A stretch of DNA of 64,000 nt from Alphaproteobacteria bacterium (GTDB lineage Bacteria > Pseudomonadota > Alphaproteobacteria > GCA-2731375): the NCBI GenBank assembly GCA_021776235.1, contig JAJFGG010000051.1, positions 25,618 to 89,617 of the forward strand, written 5' to 3'. This document shows positions 37,704 to 46,381 of the stretch, piece after piece. The notes beneath the pieces are model-generated. The model searched no databases. It saw only the letters and a program-made list of their open reading frames with translations, and had not been told where the DNA came from. A program made the translations under genes and the position numbers. The number at the start of each line of letters is the position of its first letter. Position 1 is the first letter of the stretch.

Positions 37704-38797
37704 GCCGCCGCCTCCGGCACCGCAATAATCAGCACAATGCCATAGACGGCGACAAAGATGGCGTCCTTGGTTGCGCCCAGGCCCTGCTTGCCCTCGCTGC
37801 CGGCATCATTGCCCTGGATCAACAGCACGATGATCTCCAGCACGAAGCCGATGATGGCCAGGAAAAAGAACGGCCAGATACTGCTCCACCATGGCAATTC
37901 CGCCGGCAACACGACGCCTTGCACGGCCCGCCAGATCAGCAGCAGAAGGGGCAAGCCAATCAGATAAGCATGGGTAAGCAGGAAACGAAGGCGGGTGCGC
38001 GTGCGGTCCAGCAGCCAGAAGATCAGGAAAAACAGTGCCACGTACAGAACATCCCAGAACATCGCGGCATATTTTTCACCCCCCTCGTTTTGTTGCAAAT
38101 TAAGGAAACCGAGGATCAGCAGGAAAGTAATGCCATCGCACAGCAGCCATTCACGAAAATTTTCGGACCCGCCCTTGACGTTCCAGCCCCGCGCCGCCTT
38201 ATCAAACAACAAGACCAGGGCGACCGCCAGGCTGGCCGGATAGATCAGGCGCAAAACCAGCAGATACTGCTCCCCATGGGGCAGATAAACCCAGTTCAGC
38301 AGCAAAAACGTTATAAACAGCGCCAACAGGCCCAACATACGTAATCCCGCCGAGGTCGGCTGGGCAATGGCTTCCGCGGTTTCGGGCGCCGTGGTGATCC
38401 CCCCCGCCGACGCCGGCGCTGCATCCGCCCCGCGCCCCTGCACAGCCGGGTGCCGGCGGGAGGACAGGGTGATCAGATAAACCAAGAATCCGATCAAACC
38501 CAGGCCGGCGACCACCAGCATAATGACAAAAAAAGCGATGGCCCGGCCATCGGCCCGCCAATCTACCGCCTGACCCAGCAGGCCCTGCGTGGAAAACTGC
38601 CAGACCCCGAGGATAACCACCACCACCAGCAACAGCGCCGCCAACAGATATTGATACCATCGGTTAGATAGACCGCCTGAAATTCCGCCCTTAGAATGGG
38701 ACAGCGCGCGGCCAACCAAAAAAACCAGGAATGCCAGCACCCCGACCACGGCGATGGCGGCCATCACCTGCAAAAAAATTACCGAACGACTATCCAC
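37700..38797 (-). CDS. polytopic membrane protein of unknown family (about 10 TM segments)
   Basis: 365 aa and strongly hydrophobic, with an Ala/Gly-rich loop near aa 125-160. Translationally coupled to the amidase. Confidence 0.6.
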   Translation of the reverse strand: MDSRSVIFLQVMAAIAVVGVLAFLVFLVGRALSHSKGGISGGLSNRWYQYLLAALLLVVVVILGVWQFSTQGLLGQAVDWRADGRAIAFFVIMLVVAGLGLIGFLVYLITLSSRRHPAVQGRGADAAPASAGGITTAPETAEAIAQPTSAGLRMLGLLALFITFLLLNWVYLPHGEQYLLVLRLIYPASLAVALVLLFDKAARGWNVKGGSENFREWLLCDGITFLLILGFLNLQQNEGGEKYAAMFWDVLYVALFFLIFWLLDRTRTRLRFLLTHAYLIGLPLLLLIWRAVQGVVLPAELPWWSSIWPFFFLAIIGFVLEIIVLLIQGNDAGSEGKQGLGATKDAIFVAVYGIVLIIAVPEAAA

Positions 38798-38909
38798 TAA
38801 ATACCCCGTACCCCATGTTCCGCTCTACCGCAAAAATTTCCCATCGTTACGATGCTTTATACCAATGCCCTCATAGGCGGCCGTCACCTATCAGACCCTT
38901 TCCCAAATT

Positions 38910-39659
38910 CTACGTCCGCAGCGTTACGCCAAAACGGTCCTTGAAGGCCCGGCGCAACGCGTCAAACTGCACGCCAACCCGGATCACGGAAAAATCACGG
39001 AAATCTATAATAGTCGAGGATCGGCCCTGATGGTTAGCATATTGCGACAGACCGTAATCGAAGGCGATGTCGGCAGCGGCACGGACCACATCGTCAATAT
39101 CATCCAGTCGGTACTTGCTGCCCGATAGGGACAGATTGGCGGAGGAACCGAAAACCGACATCTCTCTCGCCCAGGCCTGGGCCGCAATCTCGTCATGCAT
39201 CTGGCCGGCGTTCAAAAGCATATCCAGGGTGCCCGCCTTGGACGAGGATTGCAGGACGAAAGGGTCGACTTTCTCCAGAATGGGATGATCCTCGCGGAAC
39301 GGCGCCACCACGGAAAATGGCAGCCCCACCGCCTCGACCATTTCCCGCACCATGGCGTGCTGTTCGTCCGCCAGGATATGCAAGGCCGCGCTCATGGTAT
39401 AGTTGCCGAACATGCCGCTTGGTTTCTCGTAACTGCGCTGTTTGGCATCGAAAATCCGCCGGATAGCCCCCGGCGTCGCCGCCAGTATGGCATAGGCCAC
39501 ATCCAGAGGCGCGATGGCGACGCCGCCGTCCGCCAAAACATCCAGCAGGGCACTGACATCGGCGCTCAGCTTTTCCGGAGCCACCGGGTCTTGGCTGCGC
39601 CGCTCGCCCGGGTGTGCCGGTTGCAGTGGCGTTTCGGCTTCGATCTCCGGATCCGGCAT
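38910..39659 (-). CDS. Sua5/YciO/YrdC-like domain protein (divergent)
   Basis: GGVAIAPLDVAYAILAATPGAIRRIFDAKQRSYEKP resembles the YrdC-fold motif (PTDT.YGL...K.R....P). The ATG at 39659 lies 1 nt after the upp stop. The ORF extends to 39695. Confidence 0.5.
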   Translation of the reverse strand: MPDPEIEAETPLQPAHPGERRSQDPVAPEKLSADVSALLDVLADGGVAIAPLDVAYAILAATPGAIRRIFDAKQRSYEKPSGMFGNYTMSAALHILADEQHAMVREMVEAVGLPFSVVAPFREDHPILEKVDPFVLQSSSKAGTLDMLLNAGQMHDEIAAQAWAREMSVFGSSANLSLSGSKYRLDDIDDVVRAAADIAFDYGLSQYANHQGRSSTIIDFRDFSVIRVGVQFDALRRAFKDRFGVTLRT

Positions 39660-39660
39660 T

Positions 39661-40296
39661 CTATTTGGTGCCATACAGACGGTCACCGGCATCACCCAGG
39701 CCGGGCAGAATATAGCCGATATCGCTTAACTGCCGGTCGATGGCGGCGGTCAGAACAGGCACGTCCGGATGGGCCGCGGCAAAGGCCTGGATGCCCTCGG
39801 GCGCCGCAACCAGGGCGACAAACTTGATCCGTCTGGCGCCGGCCTCCTTCAACCGGGTAACCGCGGCGGCGGCGGAATTGCCTGTCGCCAACATGGGATC
39901 CACCACGATCACCTGCCGCTCGCCAATGGAATGGGGCAGCTTCAGGTAATACTCCACTGCCTCCAGGGTATCGTGATCACGATACATGCCAATATGGCCG
40001 ACCCGGGCCGCCGGAATCAGATCCAGCATCCCGTCCAACAGACCGTTGCCGGCCCGCAGGATCGACACCAGACACAGTTTTTTGCCAGCCAGAGCCGGGG
40101 CGTCCATGGCTTCCAGAGGTGTTTCAATTTGCACCTGCATCAGGGGCAGATCGCGGGTCGCCTCGAAGGCCAGCAACAAGGCGATCTCGCGCAACAATTG
40201 CCGGAATTCCACCGTCGATGTTTCGGCCCGCCGCAGCAAGGTCAATTTGTGCTGGATCAGCGGATGATCCGCAACCGTGACATTCGGTGCCGCCAT
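39661..40296 (-). CDS. upp: uracil phosphoribosyltransferase
   Basis: [40 protein letters not shown] and [16 protein letters not shown] are canonical Upp motifs. The ATG at 40296 is preferred; the ORF extends to 40434. Confidence 0.9.
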   Translation of the reverse strand: MAAPNVTVADHPLIQHKLTLLRRAETSTVEFRQLLREIALLLAFEATRDLPLMQVQIETPLEAMDAPALAGKKLCLVSILRAGNGLLDGMLDLIPAARVGHIGMYRDHDTLEAVEYYLKLPHSIGERQVIVVDPMLATGNSAAAAVTRLKEAGARRIKFVALVAAPEGIQAFAAAHPDVPVLTAAIDRQLSDIGYILPGLGDAGDRLYGTK

Positions 40297-40612
40297 GCTG
40301 TTTTGCCCCTCAGTATAATTTGCGGCCCAGTCTAACCACAGGCTCCCGGGGGAAATAGTCCTTTCACGGCATTTCAGCCGAAAATCGATGAAAATGGCGG
40401 CCGAACACGGACACCCGTACGCGGCCCTTGCCAACCGGGCAGCGTTAACCTGTCGTTAGTGTTTTACAGCTACCGTACCCGTGCCCGGCGTTATGCGGGG
40501 AGCGATCCACGAAAAGGCAAACCGTCGGTAACGGCGGGACGCAAAGCCACCGGTCCAGACAGCCCCGAAAGGGCTGCGGATAGCGGAGCCATCGAAAAGG
40601 AAGACGCAGACA

Positions 40613-41431
40613 ATGGTAAACTCCATCAACACCAACACCGGTGCCGCGACCGCGTTGCGGCAGTTGTCGGACACCCGCGGCAACCTGGACAAAAATCAAA
40701 GCCACATTTCTACTGGCAGGAAAATCAATTCGCCCAAGGACGATGCCGCCACCCTGGCCATCGCACAGCAGTTGATGGCCACCTTTTCCGGCACGGAAGC
40801 CGTGCGCGACGGCCTGAGCCGGGCCAGCGCCAGCCTGGATGTTGCCGTGGCCGCGGGCCAATCGACCTCGGACCTGCTTGTCGAGATGAAGGGCCTGGCA
40901 GTACAGGCCAACCAGGAGGGGCTGGACCAAACCTCGCGCGACGCCCTGAATTCCGCCTTCGGCGCCCTGCAGGCGCAGATCGCAACCATCAACGACAGCG
41001 CCGATTTCGCGGGCACCAACCTGATTGCCGCGGGCGCGCCCAACCAGAACATCCTCAGTGACGACAACGGCGGCCGCATCAGCGTCAAGGCCCAGGATTT
41101 ATCCACCGGCGGTCTCGGTCTCACCGGGCTTTCCCTGGATACTTTCGGCAACGCCACCGGCGCGTTGAGCGCCCTGGATGCGGCGATCGCCGATGCTTCG
41201 GCGAAACTGGCGGATCTCGGCAGTTCGGCCAAGCGTATCGAAACCCACGACGATCTGCTTGGCATACAAAACGACACCTTGCGCGCCGGCATCGGCGATC
41301 TGGTGGACGCTGACATGGCGGCGGAAAGTGCCGCGCTGCAGTCGAACCAGATCAAGGAATCCCTGGGCATGATCAGCCTCAGCGTCGCCAACGCCGCCCC
41401 GTCCCGGATGCTCGCGCTGTTTGGCGGTTAA
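40613..41431 (+). CDS. flagellin (short, 272 aa)
   Basis: N-terminus MVNSINTNTGAATALRQL...ISTGRKINSPKDDAA and C-terminus ...SNQIKESLGMISLSVANAAPSRMLALFGG. AAGGAAG SD. Confidence 0.85.
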   Translation: MVNSINTNTGAATALRQLSDTRGNLDKNQSHISTGRKINSPKDDAATLAIAQQLMATFSGTEAVRDGLSRASASLDVAVAAGQSTSDLLVEMKGLAVQANQEGLDQTSRDALNSAFGALQAQIATINDSADFAGTNLIAAGAPNQNILSDDNGGRISVKAQDLSTGGLGLTGLSLDTFGNATGALSALDAAIADASAKLADLGSSAKRIETHDDLLGIQNDTLRAGIGDLVDADMAAESAALQSNQIKESLGMISLSVANAAPSRMLALFGG

Positions 41432-41452
41432 TTCCAACGAGCGCTGGTTTGA

Positions 41453-41719
41453 CCTAGACCACGTTTACAGAACATAGACCGGTTTGACCGCACTTCCCAG
41501 CTTCGTGGCTAGGCGAAGGTTGCCGCGCGTAGTGGGACTACGGGCAAAACCTTCAACGACGCCACGGCGCTGGGAAGCGCGGCCTTCGGTGGCGCGTGGA
41601 GGCCATTCGTTTGCGTTGTTTTGCTTGCCCGTAGTCCCACTACGCGCCGCGCAAAACGCCTACCCGAATGACCTCCACACGCCATCAAACGGATCTATGT
41701 TCTGGAAACGTGGTCTAGG
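41453..41719. repeat. 267-bp nested-palindromic (MITE-like or structured-RNA) element E1
   Basis: 35-nt terminal inverted repeats 41453-41487 / 41685-41719 (32/35). Two internal hairpins (41488-41582, 41590-41684). Their 26-nt loops are reverse complements of each other (24/26). Confidence 0.75.
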
Positions 41720-41775
41720 CGCCAAATGGCGCGTGGCCCTCTGGCGGCAATTCGGCCTAGTATCGTGAAGCGATA

Positions 41776-42044
41776 CTAGTGTCCTGGGTCAGTAGTACGT
41801 CGCGTTTAGGACGGCCATACAGGTCCCTCGGCGAGGAGCGTGGTCCGCCGTGATGTGGTGCATCATTAGGATCGCGCGACGACGTCCGAGGGGCCTGTAT
41901 GGCCGCCAACTTGGTCGTTTTTCCGGGTCTCCGGATGGCGTCGGCGCCGCGTGTCGAAGTGCCGCCTCGCCGGCGCGGCGCCTCCTACCCGGAGGCCCGG
42001 AAAAGCGATCCTAAACATGACGTACTTCTGACCCAGGACACTAG
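41776..42044. repeat. 269-bp nested-palindromic element E2, same architecture as E1
   Basis: 37-nt terminal inverted repeats 41776-41812 / 42008-42044 (33/37). Hairpin stems 41813-41831 / 41886-41904 (18/19) and 41923-41934 / 41989-42000 (11/12). Confidence 0.75.
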
Positions 42045-42053
42045 GAGCGAAGC

Positions 42054-42725
42054 ATGGCAGAGATCAGTTATCCGGCGGACTGGCGCGATATCCCGCCCGA
42101 ACGTTTTGCCCGCATGCTGCTGACGCCGGCACAATATACCGCCATGCGGGCGGAACGCCTGGCCCGGGAAGAGGCCGCGCCGTCGGTCGGCCAGTTGGCG
42201 CCAAATTTTACCCTGGAACGGCTGTCGGCAGAGGGCAAGCGAACCGGCGAGATGGTCAGCCTGTCGGACAACTTCGCAGGCGGCCAGAGCCGGCCGGTCG
42301 GCCTGATCTTCGGCTCCTACACCTGACCGCCGTTTCGTATTCAGGCCGTGCGCCTGAACGAGATTGCGGCCCAATTCAAGGATCGGGTAGATTTCTATTG
42401 CGTCTATATTCAGGAAGCGCATCCGGACGACGGTTGGCAGGTGCAGCAGAATTTGGACCAGGAGATCATTCTGAACGCGCCCGGCAACATCGACGAACGC
42501 GCGGCCATCGCCGAGGTTTGCGCCCTGCGCCTGAACCTGGCCATGCCCATGTTGCTGGATGACATGACCGATCAGGCCGACAGATTGTATAACGCGCTGC
42601 CGGAGCGTTTGTACCTGATCGATGAAGCCGGCATTGTGCGTTTTAAGACCGTGGCGGGCTCCCGGGGTTTCGAGCCCGAGGCCTGGGCCGCGGCCATCGC
42701 CGGTCTGGTGGGGCCGCCAGGTTAA
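42054..42725 (+). CDS. iodothyronine-deiodinase-family thioredoxin-fold protein, probable selenoprotein (Sec at codon 91, TGA 42324-42326)
   Basis: Two same-frame ORFs are joined by a single TGA. The joined product reads LIFGSYT-U-PPF...VYIQEAHPDDGW...LYNALPERLYLIDEAG, matching deiodinase motifs. AGGAG SD at 42043-42047. Confidence 0.8.
42340..42358 (+). promoter_or_regulatory. candidate bacterial SECIS hairpin
   Basis: TTCAGGC-CGTGC-GCCTGAA is a perfect 7-bp stem starting 13 nt after the TGA. The apical loop contains GU. Confidence 0.55.
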
Positions 42726-42746
42726 ACGGAATCCCGCCGGCCCAGC

Positions 42747-43619
42747 ATGGAAAAACAATCGCTGCCGCGGGGCATCATCTACGTTATCCTATCGGCCATG
42801 GTTCTGGTGCCCATGGTGTCGGCCTCGATCAAGCATCTGGGGCAAAATTATGGGGTGGTGGAGATTGTCTGGGTCCGGGCCCTGGGACAGACCTTGTGGA
42901 TGACGGTCTTACTGGTTCCCCGTCATGGCTGGCGCATTTTGCGGCCTTACCGGCTCGGGGGCCAGTTGCTTCGCTCGGGCGTCCTCTTTATCTCGACCGT
43001 ATGCTTTGTTTTCGGCATCAAGGCCGTGCCGTTGGTGACGGCCCATGTCATCGGTTTCATCGCGCCGATGATTGTCGTCGTCCTGTCCGCCGTATTCCTG
43101 GCCGAACGGATCAACGCCGCCCGATGGATCGCCGTGATCGGGGGTTTCCTTGGCGTTCTGATCGTCTTGCAGCCAGGTCTGGAAACGGCCCTGCCCCTGG
43201 CCTCGCTCTGGTTGCTGGGCGGGGCGGTATGTTGGGCGGTGGTGCAAATTCTCAGCCGCCAGATGGCCGGCCATGATCGATCGGAAACCACCGCGATTTA
43301 CACCTATGCGGTCGCCCTGGCCGTGATGACGCCCCTGGTCCCCGGCAGCCTTGATATTTCTCATTCTCCCGGCACGGGCGATTGGCTGGCATTTATTCTG
43401 ATCGGTCTGGTCGGCGGCATGCGCCATTATTGCAGCATCAAGGCCTATGCCCTGGCGCCGGCTTCCATCATCGCCCCATTCAACTATACCGAAATACTGG
43501 GTGCGACACTGGTCGGGGCAATTGTGTTCGGCAGCACACCCGATGGCGCGACCTGGCTGGGCGCCATGGTGATCATCGCCGCCGGACTTTATCTGGTCTA
43601 TTGCGAGCGCCGCGGCTAG
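42747..43619 (+). CDS. DMT-superfamily (EamA-like) transporter
   Basis: 290 aa, about 10 TM segments, with two EamA-like halves. Confidence 0.85.
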   Translation: MEKQSLPRGIIYVILSAMVLVPMVSASIKHLGQNYGVVEIVWVRALGQTLWMTVLLVPRHGWRILRPYRLGGQLLRSGVLFISTVCFVFGIKAVPLVTAHVIGFIAPMIVVVLSAVFLAERINAARWIAVIGGFLGVLIVLQPGLETALPLASLWLLGGAVCWAVVQILSRQMAGHDRSETTAIYTYAVALAVMTPLVPGSLDISHSPGTGDWLAFILIGLVGGMRHYCSIKAYALAPASIIAPFNYTEILGATLVGAIVFGSTPDGATWLGAMVIIAAGLYLVYCERRG

Positions 43620-43695
43620 AGAAGACCCGCCCGCCCGCTGATATGGATCAATTCGCCGATGGCGCCCGGCCCCTATACTGCCGGTCATTGATCCC

Positions 43696-44667
43696 ATGGT
43701 CGAGAGACGGACAACGATGACGGAACGCGCGCGATTATCAGAGCCAACGGATTTTGGCGAGGAGCAGTATCCCCACGCCCTGGTCAATGTCACCAATGTC
43801 TGCAACCTGGATTGCCGCCATTGTTTCGTCTTTCGCGCCGATAACCCGAACGCGCCGCGGGACAAGATGAACGACGCCACCATGTTGCACCAGTTGGCAG
43901 AATTGCGCGACAAGCACGGCATCCGTTCCATGCTGTTCATGGGCGGAGAGCCGATGATCCGCAAGGATCTGGTGCTGCAGGCGGTACAGCTATTTCCTGA
44001 AAGCGCCATTGTCACCAATGGCACCTATGGCATTCCATCCGTGCCAGGCCATCTGGTTACGGTCTCGTTGGACGGGCCGGCGGAATTGAACGATCCCATC
44101 AGGGGCGACGGCGTCTTTGCCAAGGTCCGCGAGGCGGTGTTCGCCCGCGACCCGGCCGACGGCACCACGGTAATGCTGCAAATGGCGGTGACCCGCGAGA
44201 ACGCGCCCGGTCTGGAAGACTTCATGGCCGAAGTCGCCGATTGGCCCATCGCGGGGGTGGCATTCAGTTTTTACGTACCTGTGAAAGATGACAGCACGGG
44301 TCTGGCCTGGCCGGACCTGAAGGAGCGGGACAAAGTCCTGGACCGGGTCATCGCCCTGAAACGGCAGTATCCCCATATGATCAAGTCAAACATCCCGACC
44401 CTGGAAATGATGAAGTCGGACGTCGCCATCCAATCAACCGGTGAAAATGGCGAACATTGCATCCTGCGCCGCGACACCCTGCCCCTGTACATGGGCGAGG
44501 GCGGCCAGTTCGAAAAACCATTCTGCTGCTATGGCAACGATGTCGACTGCAGCCGCTGTGGTGCCTATGCGGTGTTCAACCGGGCCTATTTGGCCGCCCA
44601 GGGCCGAGGCGACGCCGCGCGTTATGGCCGCGACGGCGCGGCGAAACTGGCGGCCCTGGCGGAATAG
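43696..44667 (+). CDS. radical SAM protein with Cys-rich C-terminal (auxiliary-cluster/SPASM-like) region
   Basis: CNLDCRHC (CX3CX2C) encoded at 43801-43824. FMGGEPM glycine-rich motif. C-terminal C...CC....DCSRCG cluster. Confidence 0.8.
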   Translation: MVERRTTMTERARLSEPTDFGEEQYPHALVNVTNVCNLDCRHCFVFRADNPNAPRDKMNDATMLHQLAELRDKHGIRSMLFMGGEPMIRKDLVLQAVQLFPESAIVTNGTYGIPSVPGHLVTVSLDGPAELNDPIRGDGVFAKVREAVFARDPADGTTVMLQMAVTRENAPGLEDFMAEVADWPIAGVAFSFYVPVKDDSTGLAWPDLKERDKVLDRVIALKRQYPHMIKSNIPTLEMMKSDVAIQSTGENGEHCILRRDTLPLYMGEGGQFEKPFCCYGNDVDCSRCGAYAVFNRAYLAAQGRGDAARYGRDGAAKLAALAE

Positions 44668-44694
44668 GCAGCAACGCAAACGGCGGGCGGGGGA

Positions 44695-45453
44695 TCAGCC
44701 GCGCCCAACAAACGGCATCTTGGTGGCCATCACCGTGAGAAACTGTACATTGGCGTCAGGCGGCAGGCTGGCCATGTAGAGCACCGCGCGGGAGACATTA
44801 TCCACGTCCATCAAGGGTTCCGGCCTGGTCGAGCCATCCGCCTGGGGGACGCCGTCTTTCATGCGCGCCGCCATGGGCGTGAAGGCATTGCCGATATCCA
44901 GCTGGCCGCAGGCAATATCGTATTTGCGGCCGTCCAGAGAGGTCGATTTGGTCAACCCGGTGACCGCGTGTTTGGTTGAGGTATAGGGTGCCGAATTGGG
45001 CCTGGGTGCATGGGCGGAAATCGAGCCGTTGTTGATAATGCGCCCGCCCATGGGATCCTGCGCCTGCATCACCTTGAAGGCCTCCTGGGTGCACAGAAAA
45101 ACACCGGTCAGGTTGACATTGACCACACCGCTCCATTGTTCAAAGGTCAACTCTTCCAGGGGCACGGGCGGCGCACCCGCGCCGGCGTTGTTGAACAACA
45201 GATCCAGGCGGCCAAACGCCTGGACCGTGGCCGCAAACAGCGCACTGACCGAGGCCGGATCGCTGACATCGGTGGGTACCGCCAGGGCACGGTCGCCGTC
45301 GGCGCCCGCCTCGGCAATGGACTCCTGCAGGGCATCCTGCCGCCGCCCGGCCAGGGCCACGGAATAACCTTCGCCCAACAACGCCACGGCGGCGCCGCGG
45401 CCAATGCCGGACCCAGCCCCCGTCACGATCGCAACCTTGCCCTGTCCACTCAT
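44695..45453 (-). CDS. SDR-family oxidoreductase
   Basis: [20 protein letters not shown] and Y..TK catalytic motifs. The ATG at 45453 is preferred; the ORF extends to 45513. Confidence 0.85.
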   Translation of the reverse strand: MSGQGKVAIVTGAGSGIGRGAAVALLGEGYSVALAGRRQDALQESIAEAGADGDRALAVPTDVSDPASVSALFAATVQAFGRLDLLFNNAGAGAPPVPLEELTFEQWSGVVNVNLTGVFLCTQEAFKVMQAQDPMGGRIINNGSISAHAPRPNSAPYTSTKHAVTGLTKSTSLDGRKYDIACGQLDIGNAFTPMAARMKDGVPQADGSTRPEPLMDVDNVSRAVLYMASLPPDANVQFLTVMATKMPFVGRG

Positions 45454-45509
45454 CCCGTCCGCCTTTCCATTACGTAAACTCCCGGCCGCGAGCGTAGTCC
45501 GCACAGCAT

Positions 45510-46376
45510 TCAATAATCAATGTCGAAATGCGCCGGCCGGCCCAAAGGCCAATATTCACCCCAAACGTCCGCGCCGCCGTCGACGGTCAGGACCGAGCCG
45601 TTGACGAATTGTCCCGACGGCCCTGCCAGATAGACCGCGGCCTGGGCAATATCCTGCACCGTGCCCATGCGGCGCATGGGATTATGATCGAAACTGGGTC
45701 TGGCGGTGTCGGGATAATGCACCAGGCCCGGTGAGGCCACCACCCCGATGGCAATGGAATTGAGGCGGATATCGTAGGGCGCCCATTCCACGCACAGGCT
45801 GCGGGTAAGGTGTATTTCACCGGCCCGCGCCGCCTGGGTATGGGCTATGCCGCTGGTGCAGGTCGCCAGGACCGTCACCATGTTGATGACGCAGCCCGGC
45901 TGTTCGTTATCCCGCCAATGACGCGCCGCGGCCTGCATCATGAACCACGAACCGTTCAGGTTGGTATCGACCACGGTGCGCCAGCCATTGGGGCTGATAT
46001 CCATGGCCGGCGCCGCGAATTGCCCGCCGGCGTTGTTGATAAGGATATCCAGGCGGCCAAAGCGGGCCCAGACCGCCGCCATCAGGGCGCCCACCTGATC
46101 CGCATCGCGGATGGTCATGGCCTGGGTAAAACAGGATATATCCAGGCTGGCCATGGCCGCTTCAAAGGCCGCCATCTTGTCTCCATCCCGGCCACAGGAA
46201 ACGATGGTGGCGCCCAGGCGGCCGAACAATACCGCCGTGGCCAGACCGATCCCTCCAGCCCCGCCGGAAACCAGCACGACCTGATCCTTGAACAGATCAT
46301 CGCGATAAACGGTGGGCAGGGCCGCAAGTTCGGCGGCCGTGGGGGCGGCATGGGCCGCGTCGTCGCGATCAGCCAT
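45510..46376 (-). CDS. SDR-family oxidoreductase
   Basis: [15 protein letters not shown] and NNAGG motifs, with a Rossmann-fold pattern. Confidence 0.85.
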   Translation of the reverse strand: MADRDDAAHAAPTAAELAALPTVYRDDLFKDQVVLVSGGAGGIGLATAVLFGRLGATIVSCGRDGDKMAAFEAAMASLDISCFTQAMTIRDADQVGALMAAVWARFGRLDILINNAGGQFAAPAMDISPNGWRTVVDTNLNGSWFMMQAAARHWRDNEQPGCVINMVTVLATCTSGIAHTQAARAGEIHLTRSLCVEWAPYDIRLNSIAIGVVASPGLVHYPDTARPSFDHNPMRRMGTVQDIAQAAVYLAGPSGQFVNGSVLTVDGGADVWGEYWPLGRPAHFDIDY

Positions 46377-46381
46377 GGCTT

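Noticed and set aside
35988-37745. 585-aa ORF on the plus strand
   Set aside because: It lies antisense to the amidase and DehI-like genes. Its Arg/Gly/Pro/Ala-rich composition is typical of a shadow ORF in high-GC DNA. The minus-strand genes carry unambiguous family motifs (GGSSSGSG).
40435-40612. Possible sigma-28 (TAAA-N15-GCCGATAA) or sigma-54 (GG-N10-GC) promoter upstream of the flagellin gene
   Set aside because: Only loose partial matches were found (for example GCGGATAG), and none has a correctly spaced upstream element. Not reportable.
41434-41446. Short motif CCAACGAGCGCTG after the flagellin stop, repeated exactly at 59317-59329 after the amidohydrolase stop, and partially (CCAACGAGC) at 63989-63997 after the last gene
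   Set aside because: By my rough estimate, an exact 13-mer recurrence in 64 kb of GC-biased DNA is expected by chance tens of times. The stop-proximal placement is suggestive, but three short hits are not enough. The third hit is cut by the window edge.
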